Origin: Octopus vulgaris
Taxonomy: Eukaryota
Reading direction: 5' to 3'
Assembly (NCBI GenBank): GCA_951406725.2
Contig: OX597832.1
Location: 69,192,001-69,256,000, forward strand
DNA length: 64,000 nucleotides
Shown here: positions 1-12,251 of the stretch, in pieces
Layout: every line of letters begins with the position of its first letter
Numbering within the stretch: position 1 is the stretch's first letter
Program-made: the position numbers and the translations under genes
The notes under the pieces: generated by a model
What the model was told of the DNA's origin: nothing
The model's input: only the letters and a program-made list of their open reading frames with translations
Databases searched by the model: none

Positions 1-1309
1 TATTTTTCTGATATTAATGAAGCCACAGAGTAAGAGCAAGACAATGAAAATGAATTCTCAATTTGAAAATGGTTGAAAAAAGCGGGGACATGGCTTTATG
101 CCAGGTGGTAAGAAGCTAAATAAGATACAGGGACAAGCACAGGTGTTTTGCTTGAGAGGAAGTACATGGCTACCCCAGTGTTATATAAGGGTGGGTATAG
201 TTTGAATGAAGCCAAACATGAGGTGACAAGATGTCAGAGATTACTCACAGGCAATAGGAAGGTGAGTAAAGAAGAGAATAGAGAAGAGGACCCAGAAGGT
301 TGGTGTAAAGTTCATAAGAGCATTAGGGGAGAGTTGACTGGTAGTTAGAGATGGGCTGGGAGTGAATGTAATGATTGGTAAATATAAAGGGATGATGCGT
401 GGCTGAGGGTAAATATCAGTAAAGAAAGATGAAAATGACAGAAATAAGAGTGAGTCAAGAAGAAGATGATAAAAGGCAAATCAGGAAGTGTAGGAAGCAG
501 CAGCAGAATACACCTGCAGTTGGTGTTTATAAAATATTATAAATTAAGATTCATAACAACGAATTCTGTCAAATGAATAATTGCCTTGATTAGATAAATT
601 GAAGAGGTTTCAGGTTCATGTGTACCTGGTTGCCGCAAAAGACAATCCCAGGTATTTCAAAAAGTCTCTAACAATATTTTCTTTACTTCAACAGGTGAGA
701 ATTTTTCCAGTTATATACAGACTTGCTTGTACATTTCAGTCAATATTTACTCATTCTTTCGTGGTTAATTGCTGTTTATAAGAGTATTTCATGAGCACCT
801 GTCCCTAAGAAATCTCCAGATGTTCTAAAAGTTTTAGTGGCAGGTTATTAGACAAAAATTCACACAAGTTATACATCGTACATAGTCCCAACCAATTTCA
901 AGTAAGCTGTAAAGCACTTTCATACACTAATTAAATTATGATGACTCATATGTGTCTAATTACTATATGTGTGTTGTGTGTGTGGGAGTGTATTCAGTTA
1001 CATATGTGTCTGTGGACGTATGCACACACATACACACACTCACACACATGTACATATATGTGTATATTACTTGATAAAGATATGTAGTGGAATGTATTTG
1101 TATTCCTTAACCAATACAAGTTGATTTAGAGTACTGGCTCCAACTCGTTTCACCACTCACACATGCACTCATGCACACACACACACATATTTCAAGCTCC
1201 TGCTCCACTGCCCATAATACTGTCTGTCTTGCTTCTTCAGGATTTTACTCTGGCACCCTAACCCTACCTTTTTTTTTTTTTTGCTCAGTTACTCCCACCC
1301 TTATATAAT

Positions 1310-1509
1310 CATTTCTACTGGAAACACAAGGCCTCAAATTTGGGGGAAAGGATTAAGTTGATTGCATAACTGGTACTTATTTAATTAACTCCAAAAGGAT
1401 GAAAGGCAAAGTCAACCTTGGTGGAATTTGAACTCAGAATGTAGCGGCATACGAAATACCACTAAGCATTTCAGCCAGTGTGCTAACCATTCTGTCAACT
1501 CGCCACTTT
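1310..1509 (-). mobile_element. tRNA-derived SINE, family B (~200 bp), with 17-bp target-site duplication
   Basis: Reverse complement matches the family B copies at 60335-60555 and 62248-62465 (core gcctttcatcc..ataagtaccag). Flanked by the direct repeat tcccacccttatataat at 1293-1309 and 1510-1526. Confidence 0.8.
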
Positions 1510-1744
1510 TCCCACCCTTATATAATGCAGGATGGCCATATATCTTCTTCATAGCAAGACAATTCTGCTGTTCCCAGGTATAGAAATCACCTCCCCACTC
1601 GCTCAAATATCTCATCACCACACCACATATTCAAGAGAGCTATTTCTTTTTGTTCTGCCACCTTATTCCTTTTTTTTTTTGGTCTTGCAAGTTGCTTGGC
1701 AACTCCATTAGTGCCAGAAGCATGAAAAATGCCCTCTGTATGCA

Positions 1745-1890
1745 CTGTAAAAATGGTTGACATTGGGGAAGGCATACAGCCATAGAAACTGTGCCAAAGC
1801 TGACTCTGGGGTATAATACAGCCCTGTGACTCACAGGATCCTTTCAAACTGCCCAACCCATGCCAGCATGGAAAACATACATTAAATGAC

Positions 1891-1920
<30 letters not shown>
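1745..1920 (+). mobile_element. SINE-like family D, 3' part with (GAT)n tail
   Basis: ccatgccagcatggaaaac...ttaaatgacgatgatgat, the same 3' end as about ten other copies in the window. Confidence 0.7.
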
Positions 1921-1921
<1 letters not shown>

Positions 1922-2968
1922 GCAGTGATGATGACAATGATATAAGTAGCTGTTTGTCTTTATATATAAAATCATACATATTGAGAGAAAAGAAATGGAA
2001 ATATAAAAAAACATCAAACTTTAAATTATGTAAAAATTATAGTTAAGCTTCTTCACAACAGGTTGTTTTTGTGAAGTGTCATTTAATTAACGATAAAAGA
2101 AAAATATATACTAATGAGTGATATGATATGAATGTTTCCTTTCAAATGTACACCATTAAACTGTTAAAAATAATTATGTGTCATAGTGTGGAGTTATAAG
2201 CTTTGGAAGTTTGGAATTGTAATTCAGGCGAAATGAATTCTGTAAGAAAATACTAATTATTTCAGATGACTTTAATGGGGCTTTTAAGTACCTTTGTTAC
2301 ATATAGTTTCTTAGATGTTCTGATTGCCATCTAAATCAGTCACTTGAATTTTAAACAATTCTTCCAGTACCACCCAACTCCATTTCCCCCACACAACCTT
2401 CTAATACCTCTGCCATACATTTCTGCTTATATTTTGTGTGCGTGTGTGCTTGCATGTATATGTATACACACACACACACTACACATGTACATGAGGCAAA
2501 TAAACAAATAAAACTGCCTGTGTTTGATAAACAATATATACATACATGTATACAAGTACAGAGAAAGGAAAGATTAGAAATTTTCAGACGATGAATATTC
2601 AAGTATAAATATATCGAGATTTTTATATTAACAGAGCAAACTTACACAGAGTACAAATATACAAAAAATTTTAAAAGAAGTTATGGTTTTACAAGTCCAA
2701 CAGCTGTTTCTGGGGGCTCAAACTTACTTCATAATGTTGGCTGATGCATATGTTCTCTTATATGCATTTGATTAACAATGACAAAAATACCTATTGGATT
2801 ATGTAAGGAAGAACCTTATGTACTGTGGCCAATCCAACTATGTCCTACCAAATGAAAGTTGGACTATAATGAATTTTCCTTGATGTTTTCCTTTTGGAGA
2901 TGCTGGAATACACATGAAGTCCTAAATACAAGTTACTTGTCATGCAGTTTAAATTGTGCTATATAATC

Positions 2969-3009
<41 letters not shown>

Positions 3010-3041
3010 CGTGTGTGTGTAAATATGAATATATATATATA

Positions 3042-3225
3042 GGTGCAGGCATGGCTGTGTGGTAACAAGTTTGCTTCCCAGCCTTGTAGTTCCAGGTTCA
3101 GTCATACTGAGTGGTATCTTGGGAAACTGTCTTCTACAAAAGACTTGAGCTGACAAGTCTTGTGAGTGAATTTGGTTGATGGAAACTGAACGAAGCCTTT
3201 CTTATATATATGTATATATGCATAA

Positions 3226-3256
<31 letters not shown>

Positions 3257-3492
3257 GATGGATATAGATAGATAGCTAGATAGATATGTGTGTGTGTGTT
3301 TTCGTATCTACATTTGTCCACATGGCTGCTTGGTAACTGGTGTTAGTATGTTTACATCTCTGTAACTTAGTGGTTCAGCAAAACAGCCAGATAGAAGTAA
3401 TACAAGGCTTTAGAAAAAATGTACTTGGGTCAATTTGTTTGACTAAAATTTATCAAATTCGTCGTCAAGACAGTGACCCAGCATAGCTGCAG
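3042..3492 (+). mobile_element. tRNA-derived SINE, family A, with internal microsatellite
   Basis: A-box-like tggctgtgtggt and B-box-like ggttcagtc. Body ttgtgagtgaatttgg..ggaaactgaa is shared with 29585-30030 and 54366-54775. Confidence 0.75.
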
Positions 3493-3523
<31 letters not shown>

Positions 3524-3528
3524 TTGTG

Positions 3529-3567
<39 letters not shown>

Positions 3568-3571
3568 TTGG

Positions 3572-3609
<38 letters not shown>

Positions 3610-3779
3610 CATTCATACATATACAGCCTCATCCTAGAAAACAATACATTTTTTTTCAATGAAAAAACTACCTTCAAATTCAAGGTAGAGCTATGGGGAT
3701 GTAATTTGCTCCAGTTTTTGCAAATTCAGTATTGGTGGGTACTTGGAACAAAACCTATATAAAAAAAAATGAAGAGAAC

Positions 3780-4257
3780 TATGGCATGAGCTTTAGAAGA
3801 AATATAGAGGACACATGGAAAGAGGGTAGCAGCTGGAACATCCTATGTCAGGTAGCTGGAACCCAGTCATGGCTGTCAAGCAATTTCTGTGACTAAGTCA
3901 CCCCTAACATCTGGTCACCTAACTCTCAGACTGTAACACCCTTGATTATAATGTGTGGGATGCAGTTGAGTGACAGACCAACAAAACTCCTTGTAACACC
4001 AAAGATGAGCTGAAGGCAAGGATTATAGCAGCATTCACGAACTTACACAAGGAGACCATCCAGAAGAGTTGCAGGAGATTCAGAAATCCTCTTGAGGCCA
4101 TGGTTGAAGCCAATGGCGATTTTATTGAATAAATTTACTCTTTGGTATTTCAAGATATTTCTATGAAATGTTGATAGGTATATATTTGTTAAAATGGGAT
4201 GTCAGTGTTATTTTCATTTTTGCATAATTTAGATGACAATATATTCACAGCACCCTG
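3780..4257 (+). pseudogene. Tc1/mariner-superfamily transposase 3' relic with right end
   Basis: Hand translation of 3912-4132 (one frameshift, one stop) gives WSPNS(P)DCNTLDYNVWDAVE...KDELKARI...CRRFRNPLEAMVEANGDFIE*. The element ends caccctg followed by TA at 4258. Confidence 0.75.
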
Positions 4258-4440
4258 TACATATACATGGATGTATATGCATACATACATGCATACATAC
4301 ATACATACATACATACATACACATACATATATATATATATATACATACATATATATATACATACATATATATATACATACATATATACATACATATATAT
4401 ATACATACATATATATACATATATACATATATATATATAA

Positions 4441-4585
4441 ATCATCATCACCATCATTTAACGTCCGTTTTCCATGCTAGCATGGGTTGGACGGTTTTGA
4501 CTGAGGGCTGGCAACCAGATGGCTGCACCAGGCTCCAGTCTTGATCTCGCAGAGTTTCTACAGCTGGATGCCCTTCCTAACACCA
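4441..4585 (-). mobile_element. SINE-like family D fragment
   Basis: (CAT)n-tttaacgtccgttttccatgctagcatgggttgg...ctggatgcccttcctaa. Confidence 0.75.
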
Positions 4586-4593
4586 AATAAATT

Positions 4594-4633
<40 letters not shown>

Positions 4634-4705
4634 CATATATATACATATATATATACACACACATATATATATACATATATATATCATCATCATCATCATC
4701 ATCAT

Positions 4706-4824
4706 GAAAGAGTACAGCAGGGTTCACCACCACCCCCCTGCCAGAGCCTCGTGGAGCTTTAGGTGTTTACGCTCAATAAATACTCACAATGCTCGGTCTG
4801 AGAATCGAAACTGTGATCCTACGA
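4706..4824 (-). repeat. Inverted duplicate of the 5' part of the adjacent family C SINE
   Basis: Reverse complement of 4880-4997, identical except a C6 versus G5 homopolymer indel. Confidence 0.9.
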
Positions 4825-4838
4825 ATATATATATATAT

Positions 4839-5335
4839 GGAGGTGCAATGGCCCAGTAGTTAGGGCAGTGGACTCGCGGTCGTAGGATCACAGTTTCGAT
4901 TCTCAGACCGAGCATTGTGAGTATTTATTGAGCGTAAACACCTAAAGCTCCACGAGGCTCTGGCAGGGGGTGGTGGTGAACCCTGCTGTACTCTTTCACC
5001 ACACTTTCTTCCTGTTTCTGTTGTACCTGTATTTCAAAGGGCCAGCCTTGTCACGCTCTGTGTCACGCTGAATCTCCTCCAGAACTACGTTAAGGGTACA
5101 CATGTCTGTGGAGTGCTCAGCCACTTGCACGTTAATAAATGAGCTGCGACGTTAATGGTGCCAAGCTGTATCGTCCTTTGCCTTTCCCTTGGATAACATC
5201 GGTGGCATGGTGAGGGGAGGCTGGTATGCGTGGGCGACTGCTGGTCTGCCATAAACAACCTTGCCCAGACTTGTACCTCAGAGGGTAACATTCTAAGTGC
5301 AATTCCATGGTCATTCCTGACCGAAGGAGGTCGCA
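4839..5335 (+). mobile_element. tRNA-derived SINE, family C
   Basis: Head ggaggtgcaatggcccagtagttagggcag...gtttcgattc with A/B-box-like motifs. Second copy at 40598-40885. Flanked by (TA)n. Confidence 0.75.
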
Positions 5336-5379
5336 ATATATATATATATATATACATACATATATATATACATACATAT

Positions 5380-5419
<40 letters not shown>

Positions 5420-5616
5420 TATTACAATATATAAAAGGGCTTAGTAAAATAAATTACTTTGCCGCATACTGAACTCATTAGAAATAGCAGCTAAAAAACT
5501 TTTTTAAAAACCATTTCTAATACTTAAAGAAAATCTCTCTCGTATAGTGTTTGGTCAACTCAACTCACGAAAGTTTGGGGGTAAAGACATAAAAAAAATC
5601 AAATGCAAAGGTTATT

Positions 5617-5668
5617 TGAGAACGTACGTTTCAAGATTAGTCATCAAGACACTTCTATCATCAGCTCA
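5617..5668 (-). ncRNA. Putative type-I hammerhead ribozyme
   Basis: Reverse complement of the motif at 6401-6452. Confidence 0.6.
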
Positions 5669-6400
5669 GAAACTCCATGGTTTGGATTTGAAAACACTGA
5701 AAGTGAGAGCATACTCTTTCGGCCTCTCATCTCCTTCGAAGATCTGCTCGTAACTAACAGTGCCAACAAACTCAAACATGCAAGCGAAGAATTTCTGTCC
5801 TCCCCTTTCCACCAGCGTGGGTTAAAATCAACAAACACTCTGCTTATTTCGGTAAAATCCGAAGCATTAATTAGAGGGAGATTAATTATAATTTCAACAA
5901 TTGAGGGTAAAATTAATTAATTATTAATTAATTTCACCAAGTGTTCAGTATGCAAAGGGACCATTTAAGGCGAATTCAAATTATTACAATATATAAAAGG
6001 GCTTAGTAAATATTTAAAAAAGTTTTTTAGCTGCTATTTCTAATGAGTTCAGTATGCGGCAAAGTAATTTATTTTACTAAGCCCTTTTATATATTGTAAT
6101 AATTTGAATTCGCCTTTGCATACTGAACACTTGGTGAAATTAATTAATAATTAATTAATTTTACCCTCAATTGTTGAAATTATAATTAATCTCCCTCTAA
6201 TTAATGCTTCGGATTTTACCGAAATAAGCAGAGTGTTTGTTGATTTTAACCCACGCTGGTGGAAAGGAGGACAGAAATTCTTCGCTTGCATGTTTGAGTT
6301 TGTTGGCACTGTTAGTTACGAGCAGATCTTCGAAGGAGATGAGAGGCCGAAAGAGTATGCTCTCACTTTCAGTGTTTTCAAATCCAAACCATGGAGTTTC

Positions 6401-6452
6401 TGAGCTGATGATAGAAGTGTCTTGATGACTAATCTTGAAACGTACGTTCTCA
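6401..6452 (+). ncRNA. Putative type-I hammerhead ribozyme
   Basis: tgag-CTGATGA-(imperfect stem II)-GAAAC-gtac-GTT-ctca. Stem I is tgag/ctca and stem III is the palindrome AACGTACGTT. Confidence 0.62.
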
Positions 6453-6801
6453 AATAACCTTTGCATTTGATTTTTTTTATGTCTTTACCCCCAAACTTTC
6501 GTGAGTTGAGTTGACCAAACACTATACGAGAGAGATTTTCTTTAAGTATTAGAAATGGTTTTTAAAAAAGTTTTTTAGCTGCTATTTCTAATGAGTTCAG
6601 TATGCGGCAAAGTAATTTATTTTACTAAGCCCTTTTATATATTGTAATAATTTGAATTCGCCTTAATGGTCCCTTTGCATACTGAACACTTGGTGAAATT
6701 AATTAATAATTAATTAATTTTACCCTCAATTGTTGAAATTATATATATATATATATATATACATACATATATACATATATACATATGTATATATATATAT
6801 G

Positions 6802-6847
<46 letters not shown>

Positions 6848-6850
<3 letters not shown>

Positions 6851-7060
6851 TTTTATCCTTTTACTTATTTCAATCATTTGACTGTGGCCATGCTGGAGCA
6901 CCGTCTTTAGTCAAACAAATCACCCCTAAGATTTATTCATTATAAGCCTAGTACTTATTCTATTGGTCTCCTTTGCCAAACCGCTAGATTACAGAGGCAT
7001 AATCACACCAACACTGGTTGTCAAGCAATGGTGGGGGACAAACACAGACATAGAAATTAT
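6848..7060 (-). mobile_element. SINE family A, 3' half
   Basis: Matches 54366-54570 (cagtcatttgactg..gccatgctggagcac..cctagtacttattctat). Confidence 0.75.
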
Positions 7061-7068
7061 ACATACAT

Positions 7069-7108
<40 letters not shown>

Positions 7109-7112
<4 letters not shown>

Positions 7113-7615
7113 GTAAAATAATATGTTACAATTACTCAATAGTCAAGATAAAACTCTGAGTTTCAGATGCCGAAGTGGAAATCCATAACACCATCTCTTT
7201 AGTTATCTGGCCATCTGAAAAACGCTATGAAAAAATACCGTTATACAAAGGGAAATTACTGTATTATAATTCTGCCCGTGTATGAGTTTGTATATATATA
7301 TGCGTATATATTTGGCGAAAGATGCGAGTGAAGATGTGTACATTTTCATAGTGACGTATAAGTACGCATGTGGGTTCGCAAGCAGAATTATAATACAGTA
7401 ATTTCCCTTTGTATAACGGTATTTTTTCATAGCGTTTTTCAGATGGCCAGATAACCGAAGAGATGGTGTTGTGGATTTCCACTTCGCCATCTGAAACTCA
7501 GAGTTTTATCTTGACTATTGAGTAATTGTAACATATTATTTTACAGATAAATTTCTTCTATTTACATAATATTGAGGTCTCTTTCTTTCTTTTGTTATCT
7601 TACCGTTTTTACCAA
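7109..7615. mobile_element. Inverted-repeat element with hammerhead-like arms (Penelope pLTR-like)
   Basis: Arms 7109-7275 and 7382-7548 are near-perfect reverse complements. The right arm has an extra ~65-bp tail. (TA)n lies on both sides. Confidence 0.75.
7449..7511 (+). ncRNA. Putative type-I hammerhead ribozyme, one core substitution
   Basis: agataa-CCGAAGA-gatgg..ccatc-t-GAAAC-tcaga-GTT-ttatct. The left-arm copy reads CTAAAGA, so the two-arm consensus is CTGAAGA. Confidence 0.6.
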
Positions 7616-7633
7616 TATATATATATATATATA

Positions 7634-8457
7634 TCACCTTAACCGACCAGTCCGTCGGGCATCCATTTGACACCACTGGTCACAGCACGCTGTCCATTCC
7701 TCTCTGGATTGCGCCTTTCTCATCCACATGATCCCAATCGTCCTCCAGAAATTGTAACTCCACCGTCGTGGAGGCCTTCCGGGTGGTTGTTTCGGCGTGC
7801 GCAGGTACCACTCGACAACTGCGCAGGTCCACCAATTATCAGTGAGCCGGGCGACGTGTCCAGCCCATCTAAACTTGCTGTGTGTATACTCTGCAATGAC
7901 ATCCCTCATGCCGGACTTCTTTCTGATGATTTTGCTACTGATGTGTTCTCTCAACGAGATACCAAGCATTGACCTTCCCATGGCTCTTTGAGCTGTTACC
8001 AGTCTCTGCTCTTCTCTCGTTGTGGTAGCCCATGTTTCACTACCATATAACATTGCAGGTAGAACTGTACTGTTGATGAGGTTGGCGTGGGTGGTCCTGT
8101 CCAACCTTCCCTTGAGCACATCCCTTATGCCATTAAAGGCGGTGTCAACATCAATGGTGGGCTCCTCACCCACCTTCGTTTCGCTGACGACATCGTACTC
8201 ATTGCTGAAACTACGGATCAGCTTCAGACCATGCTGACAGAGCTTCACATCAAAAGCTCTGCAGTAGGTCTCAAGATGAACCACATGAAAACGAAGTTCA
8301 TGCGGTCAGACAACGTACCAACAAGTCGAATAGGGATCAGCAGTGATGAAATAGAGGAGGTAAGGGAATATGTCTACCTGGGACAGAAAGTGAATATGTG
8401 CCGAGATATCAAAAAGGAGATCTCACGGAGAGTAAGGGCCTGATGGAAGGTGTTTAA

Positions 8458-8458
<1 letters not shown>
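7634..8458 (-). mobile_element. 5'-truncated RTE-clade LINE fragment with 5' inversion
   Basis: Minus 7634-8140 encodes the RT-downstream region (VLPAMLYGSETW, FRWAGHVAR, GRPPRRW). Plus 8138-8458 encodes the RT core (HLRFADDIVL, EYVYLG). Confidence 0.9.
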
Positions 8459-8502
<44 letters not shown>

Positions 8503-8788
8503 TATGGGCTTCTTTCAGTTTATGTGTGTGTGTGTGTATATATAAATGAATGAATTAATATATCCTAAGAAACATCTCTTTATGCATCTCTAACCTGTAT
8601 ACTTGAAAACAAATTCAATCTTCATAATGAAATGAATGTAGTCAATTAGAAACACCCAAGTTTATGACTGGTATGTACTATTTTTATTCTGGTGTAGGAT
8701 CAACTCCAAAGCAGGATTTTGGGTCAGAAACTTGGGAAGCAAAACTACGAACTCCGATATTTTAGATTAATTTACTAATACTCATTTT

Positions 8789-8825
<37 letters not shown>

Positions 8826-10367
8826 TGATGGTCACCACTACCAACCTAACAAATCTATTATTACAACCACTTAGCATTACTCGTTTGACATCACCACTAC
8901 ATTAAAGCCCTAACTACCACCACTACCATGCATAGTCCCCACTCTCACTACTACCATTTCTGCATTACCAACACCAACACCACCAGTTTCACTACCAAAA
9001 CTGCAACTCTCACTCCCCCATCCACTTCTCTCTCTCTCCCTCCCCTCCTCTCTCTTATTTATACGTCAATTTTATGCCATTATGAAATTTGAAATTAATA
9101 CCTATTTTCGTTTTTAATCTCACTATTTTTAGCACACAAAGTTATTAATGTATAATTAATTAACAACTTTATTCATTAGATTAATAACATTTCTGCAAAG
9201 AATGTCTATTTTATTATCGTTGTTTGTTTATTGTATTTTAAAAGTGATACCTTAGATACAACAACGTAACAACGGAGGTAAACTGATAAGGTGAGAAAAG
9301 CTATTGTAAATATGTTGTGTACGCACGTATTGAATGGCTGTGTAAGAGTGTGTGTGTATGTGGGGGGAGGGATGAACAAGTAAGGATAGGGCCACTAATT
9401 AAATTGAATGTAATTAGCTTTTATATAGAGATAGACAAATACACACACACACATACACACATACACACACATACACATATATATAAATATATATATACAA
9501 AGAGTGAAAGAGGTGGCATGGAGTAATAAAATCATTTTTATCATGGAGTAAATGTAATCCATTAAGCAACATGTTTCTGTAATTATTAAATTAGCCACAT
9601 GTTAACATTCTACATGTGCTGCCCAAAATGCTAATTCCGTTTTCTGATGACATGAGTAAAACTTGTCCTTTCATGGGTCATGTGTTGAGATGTATTTCCC
9701 TGTTCCAAAACATAGATTATATTCTGGGGGCAGGTCACATGCCAACAACAGAAAGGATTAAATCTTGATTGGGTGGGGTGGGGTGGAAAGGTAGAATCCT
9801 TTCTGAGCTGGACGAGATGCATTTTCCATTCTGATACTTTACATTCTGAGGAAGGGTCAACTTCGCCAAGCCCTAGGGGTCAACGTAATTGACCAACTTC
9901 CCCTCTCTTCCCTGAAAACAATTGCATCTCAGGTTGTCTTAGCAACATCACAACCCCGTCCTGCACTGGCACCTGTAGAAATTACTGGTTGAAAGTATCA
10001 ACAGGATATAAAGGTTAATTTTGTGTTCCTAGATGTGTACCCCCATCTCCACCTTTGGCAAGAGTGCCGGTTCTTGAAGATGTCACTGCTTATATCAACA
10101 TCATCATAATCATTGTTACCATGGTATATTTAGACACAGCTATGTGGTTAAGAATTTTGCTTTCCGACCACATGGTTTCAGGTTCAGGTTCCGTCTGCAT
10201 GTTACCTTGTACAAGTATCATCTACTCTGACCCAGGACTAGACTAACCAAATCCTTCAAGATGGATGTTGTAGATGGAAACTGAAAGAAGCCTCTTCTAC
10301 ATGTGTAGTTTTAATTTGAAATAATTGCTTCTTATTTAATATACTTGTTTAATAATAATAATGATAA

Positions 10368-10436
<69 letters not shown>

Positions 10437-10437
<1 letters not shown>

Positions 10438-11790
10438 TCTTTTTATTGGCCACAAGGGCTGACACACATGATTAGAAAACATAAAGGGACAAAACAGGAC
10501 GAAAGGTTACAAAGGGTTTTGTCCATTTGTGAAAAAAATCGTGTAAAAACAGTGTAATAATCAAATAATATAACAACGAAAATCTCCCAATAGGGGAGGC
10601 GTTACGAAAGGTTCCTGGTGGAAAACCCATAAAAGCCAATGGGAACCTGGTCAAAAGGGGGCTAGAGAGCCCCTTTCTCCTTTTATAACACCTTTTTCAC
10701 TTACAGGCGAAACCTGAGAATTGGTCCATTTATACTGGCCATTCTTGCACAATTCACCCACCTTTCGGAAAACTTGCCATCAGACAGCACTCTCCTCTCT
10801 AACCTCATCTTCCTTTCCAAGTGAAACTTGAAAAAGTTGATGAGGCCTTGACCAAAGAGAAAAATGTCTGACTTTAGCCCTTTCAAACGGGTCCACCATA
10901 CAACCTCTTTCACCACAGCCACTAGGCACAGGAAAACGGCCTTGCCCTCCTTGTTAAAGGAGGTCGGCGGGGCAATCTTCACTATGGATTCAGCTGATAG
11001 CCGGACCCATCCTATACGTGACAGTAGCTGTTCGACATAAACCCATAGTTCAGCAATACTCAGGCACTGGACGAGTGCGTGCAGAATGGTTTCGTCATCC
11101 TGGCAACACCTCGGGCAGGCCCGGCTGACAGCACTTCTGTGCCAGTAGAGTTTATCCTGAACAGGCAGAGCCCCTCGGTAGCACTGCCAGGCGAGCCACC
11201 TCTGGAAATTATCCATTGGCCCTGGCCCGAAAGTCCTTCCGAACAGACAGCTCAGTTCGTTATCATCAACGCCTAGAGTTTCCCCGAGAACGTTGTCACA
11301 TTTTTCCTCCACTAACCCTCTATAGAACGCTAGAGTGGAACTAAAACCGATTGCATTGCCCGCTTTGTGGAGGGCGGAGAGAGCTTGACGGCACTCGAGG
11401 TGCCAAGAGCCCTTTCTCGGTCTACATTTGATCCAGGTCTGCAGCTCTGTCAAAGAGACAAGCTGCGGAAAGTCGCGTCTGACAAAAGATGACCACACCT
11501 GTTCAACGTCTAGGAAATGCTTGAGATGTTGCAGCCTGAGTGCATGTCTGCGCATCAGTAACCACGGCATGCCAAGGCCTCCATTCAGTGGTCGTTGACA
11601 GCAGATGGATCGCCTGACCAGTGGCACCTGACCCTTCCACAAAAAGTCGAAGAGCAGGCGTACCAGCTTGGCCAACCAGTGGTCGGGACAAGGGACGACG
11701 GTCAAGCGGTAATAGATGATGGATGCGATGTACGCATTCGCCACCTCCGCTCGACCTTTCAGGGACAGCTTCCTCTCGGCCCATTTCAGA
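10437..11790 (-). mobile_element. L1/Tx1-clade LINE 3' fragment (ORF2 C-terminus and 3' UTR)
   Basis: ORF 10701-11900 contains LSLKGRAEVAN, FLWKG, PLNGGLGMP and the cysteine motif CPRC..ETILHALVQC. AATAAA precedes the (TTA)n tail. The first ~36 codons of the ORF derive from flanking SINE sequence. Confidence 0.85.
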
Positions 11791-11825
11791 ATTGAAAGAA
11801 GAAAATAATGATAACAATAATAATA

Positions 11826-12195
11826 ATCCTTTCTACTACAGACACAAAGCCTGAAATTCATAAGAGGGGAATAGTTGATAACATCGACCCCAGTACTCAA
11901 CTGGTACTTATTTTATCACCCCGCCCCCAAAAGGATGAAAGGTAATGCTGACTTTGGTGGAATTTGAACTCAGAACATGAAGACAGCTTTTGCTTGGCAT
12001 GCTAAAGATTATGCCAGCTCATAATAATAATAATAATAATAGTCCTTTCTACTATAGGCACAAGGCCTGGAATTTGTGGTGATCACATCGACCCCAGTAT
12101 TTGACTGGTACTATTTTATCAACCCTGGAAAGAGGGAAGACAAAATCACCCTCGGTGGAATTTGCACTCAGAATGATTCTGTCAGTTCTCACAGC
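11826..12195 (-). mobile_element. Two tandem family B SINEs
   Basis: Both begin cctttctacta..cacaa.gcctg and contain catcgaccccagta..ctggtact. They are separated by (TAA)n. Confidence 0.75.
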
Positions 12196-12197
12196 CT

Positions 12198-12251
<54 letters not shown>

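Larger units (their letters stand above)
5416..6743. mobile_element. Tandem plus inverted array of a 562-bp hammerhead-containing unit (Penelope pLTR/retrozyme-like)
   Basis: The unit 5416-5977 restarts at 5978-6010. 6013-6743 is about 1.3 units in reverse complement. (TA)n lies on both sides. Confidence 0.8.

Noticed and set aside
1140-1245. Minus-strand CTGAAGA..GAAAT/GAAAC as another hammerhead
   Set aside because: Interrupted by a (CA)n tract, and stem I does not pair convincingly.
2690-2760. Minus-strand GAAAC-agct-GTT palindromic stem III
   Set aside because: No matching CTGANGA or stem I partner was found nearby.
5547-6522. Duplicated 60-105 aa ORFs in the 562-bp unit as a possible protein gene
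   Set aside because: No recognisable motif. The longest frame is broken by an indel between the two copies, so the duplication explains their recurrence.
9268-9295. acggaggtaaactgataagg, resembling miR-184
   Set aside because: The seed differs, there is an insertion, and no precursor hairpin is visible.
11790-11900. N-terminus of the 399-aa ORF as a real start
   Set aside because: It is read-through from adjacent SINE and microsatellite sequence into a 5'-truncated LINE.
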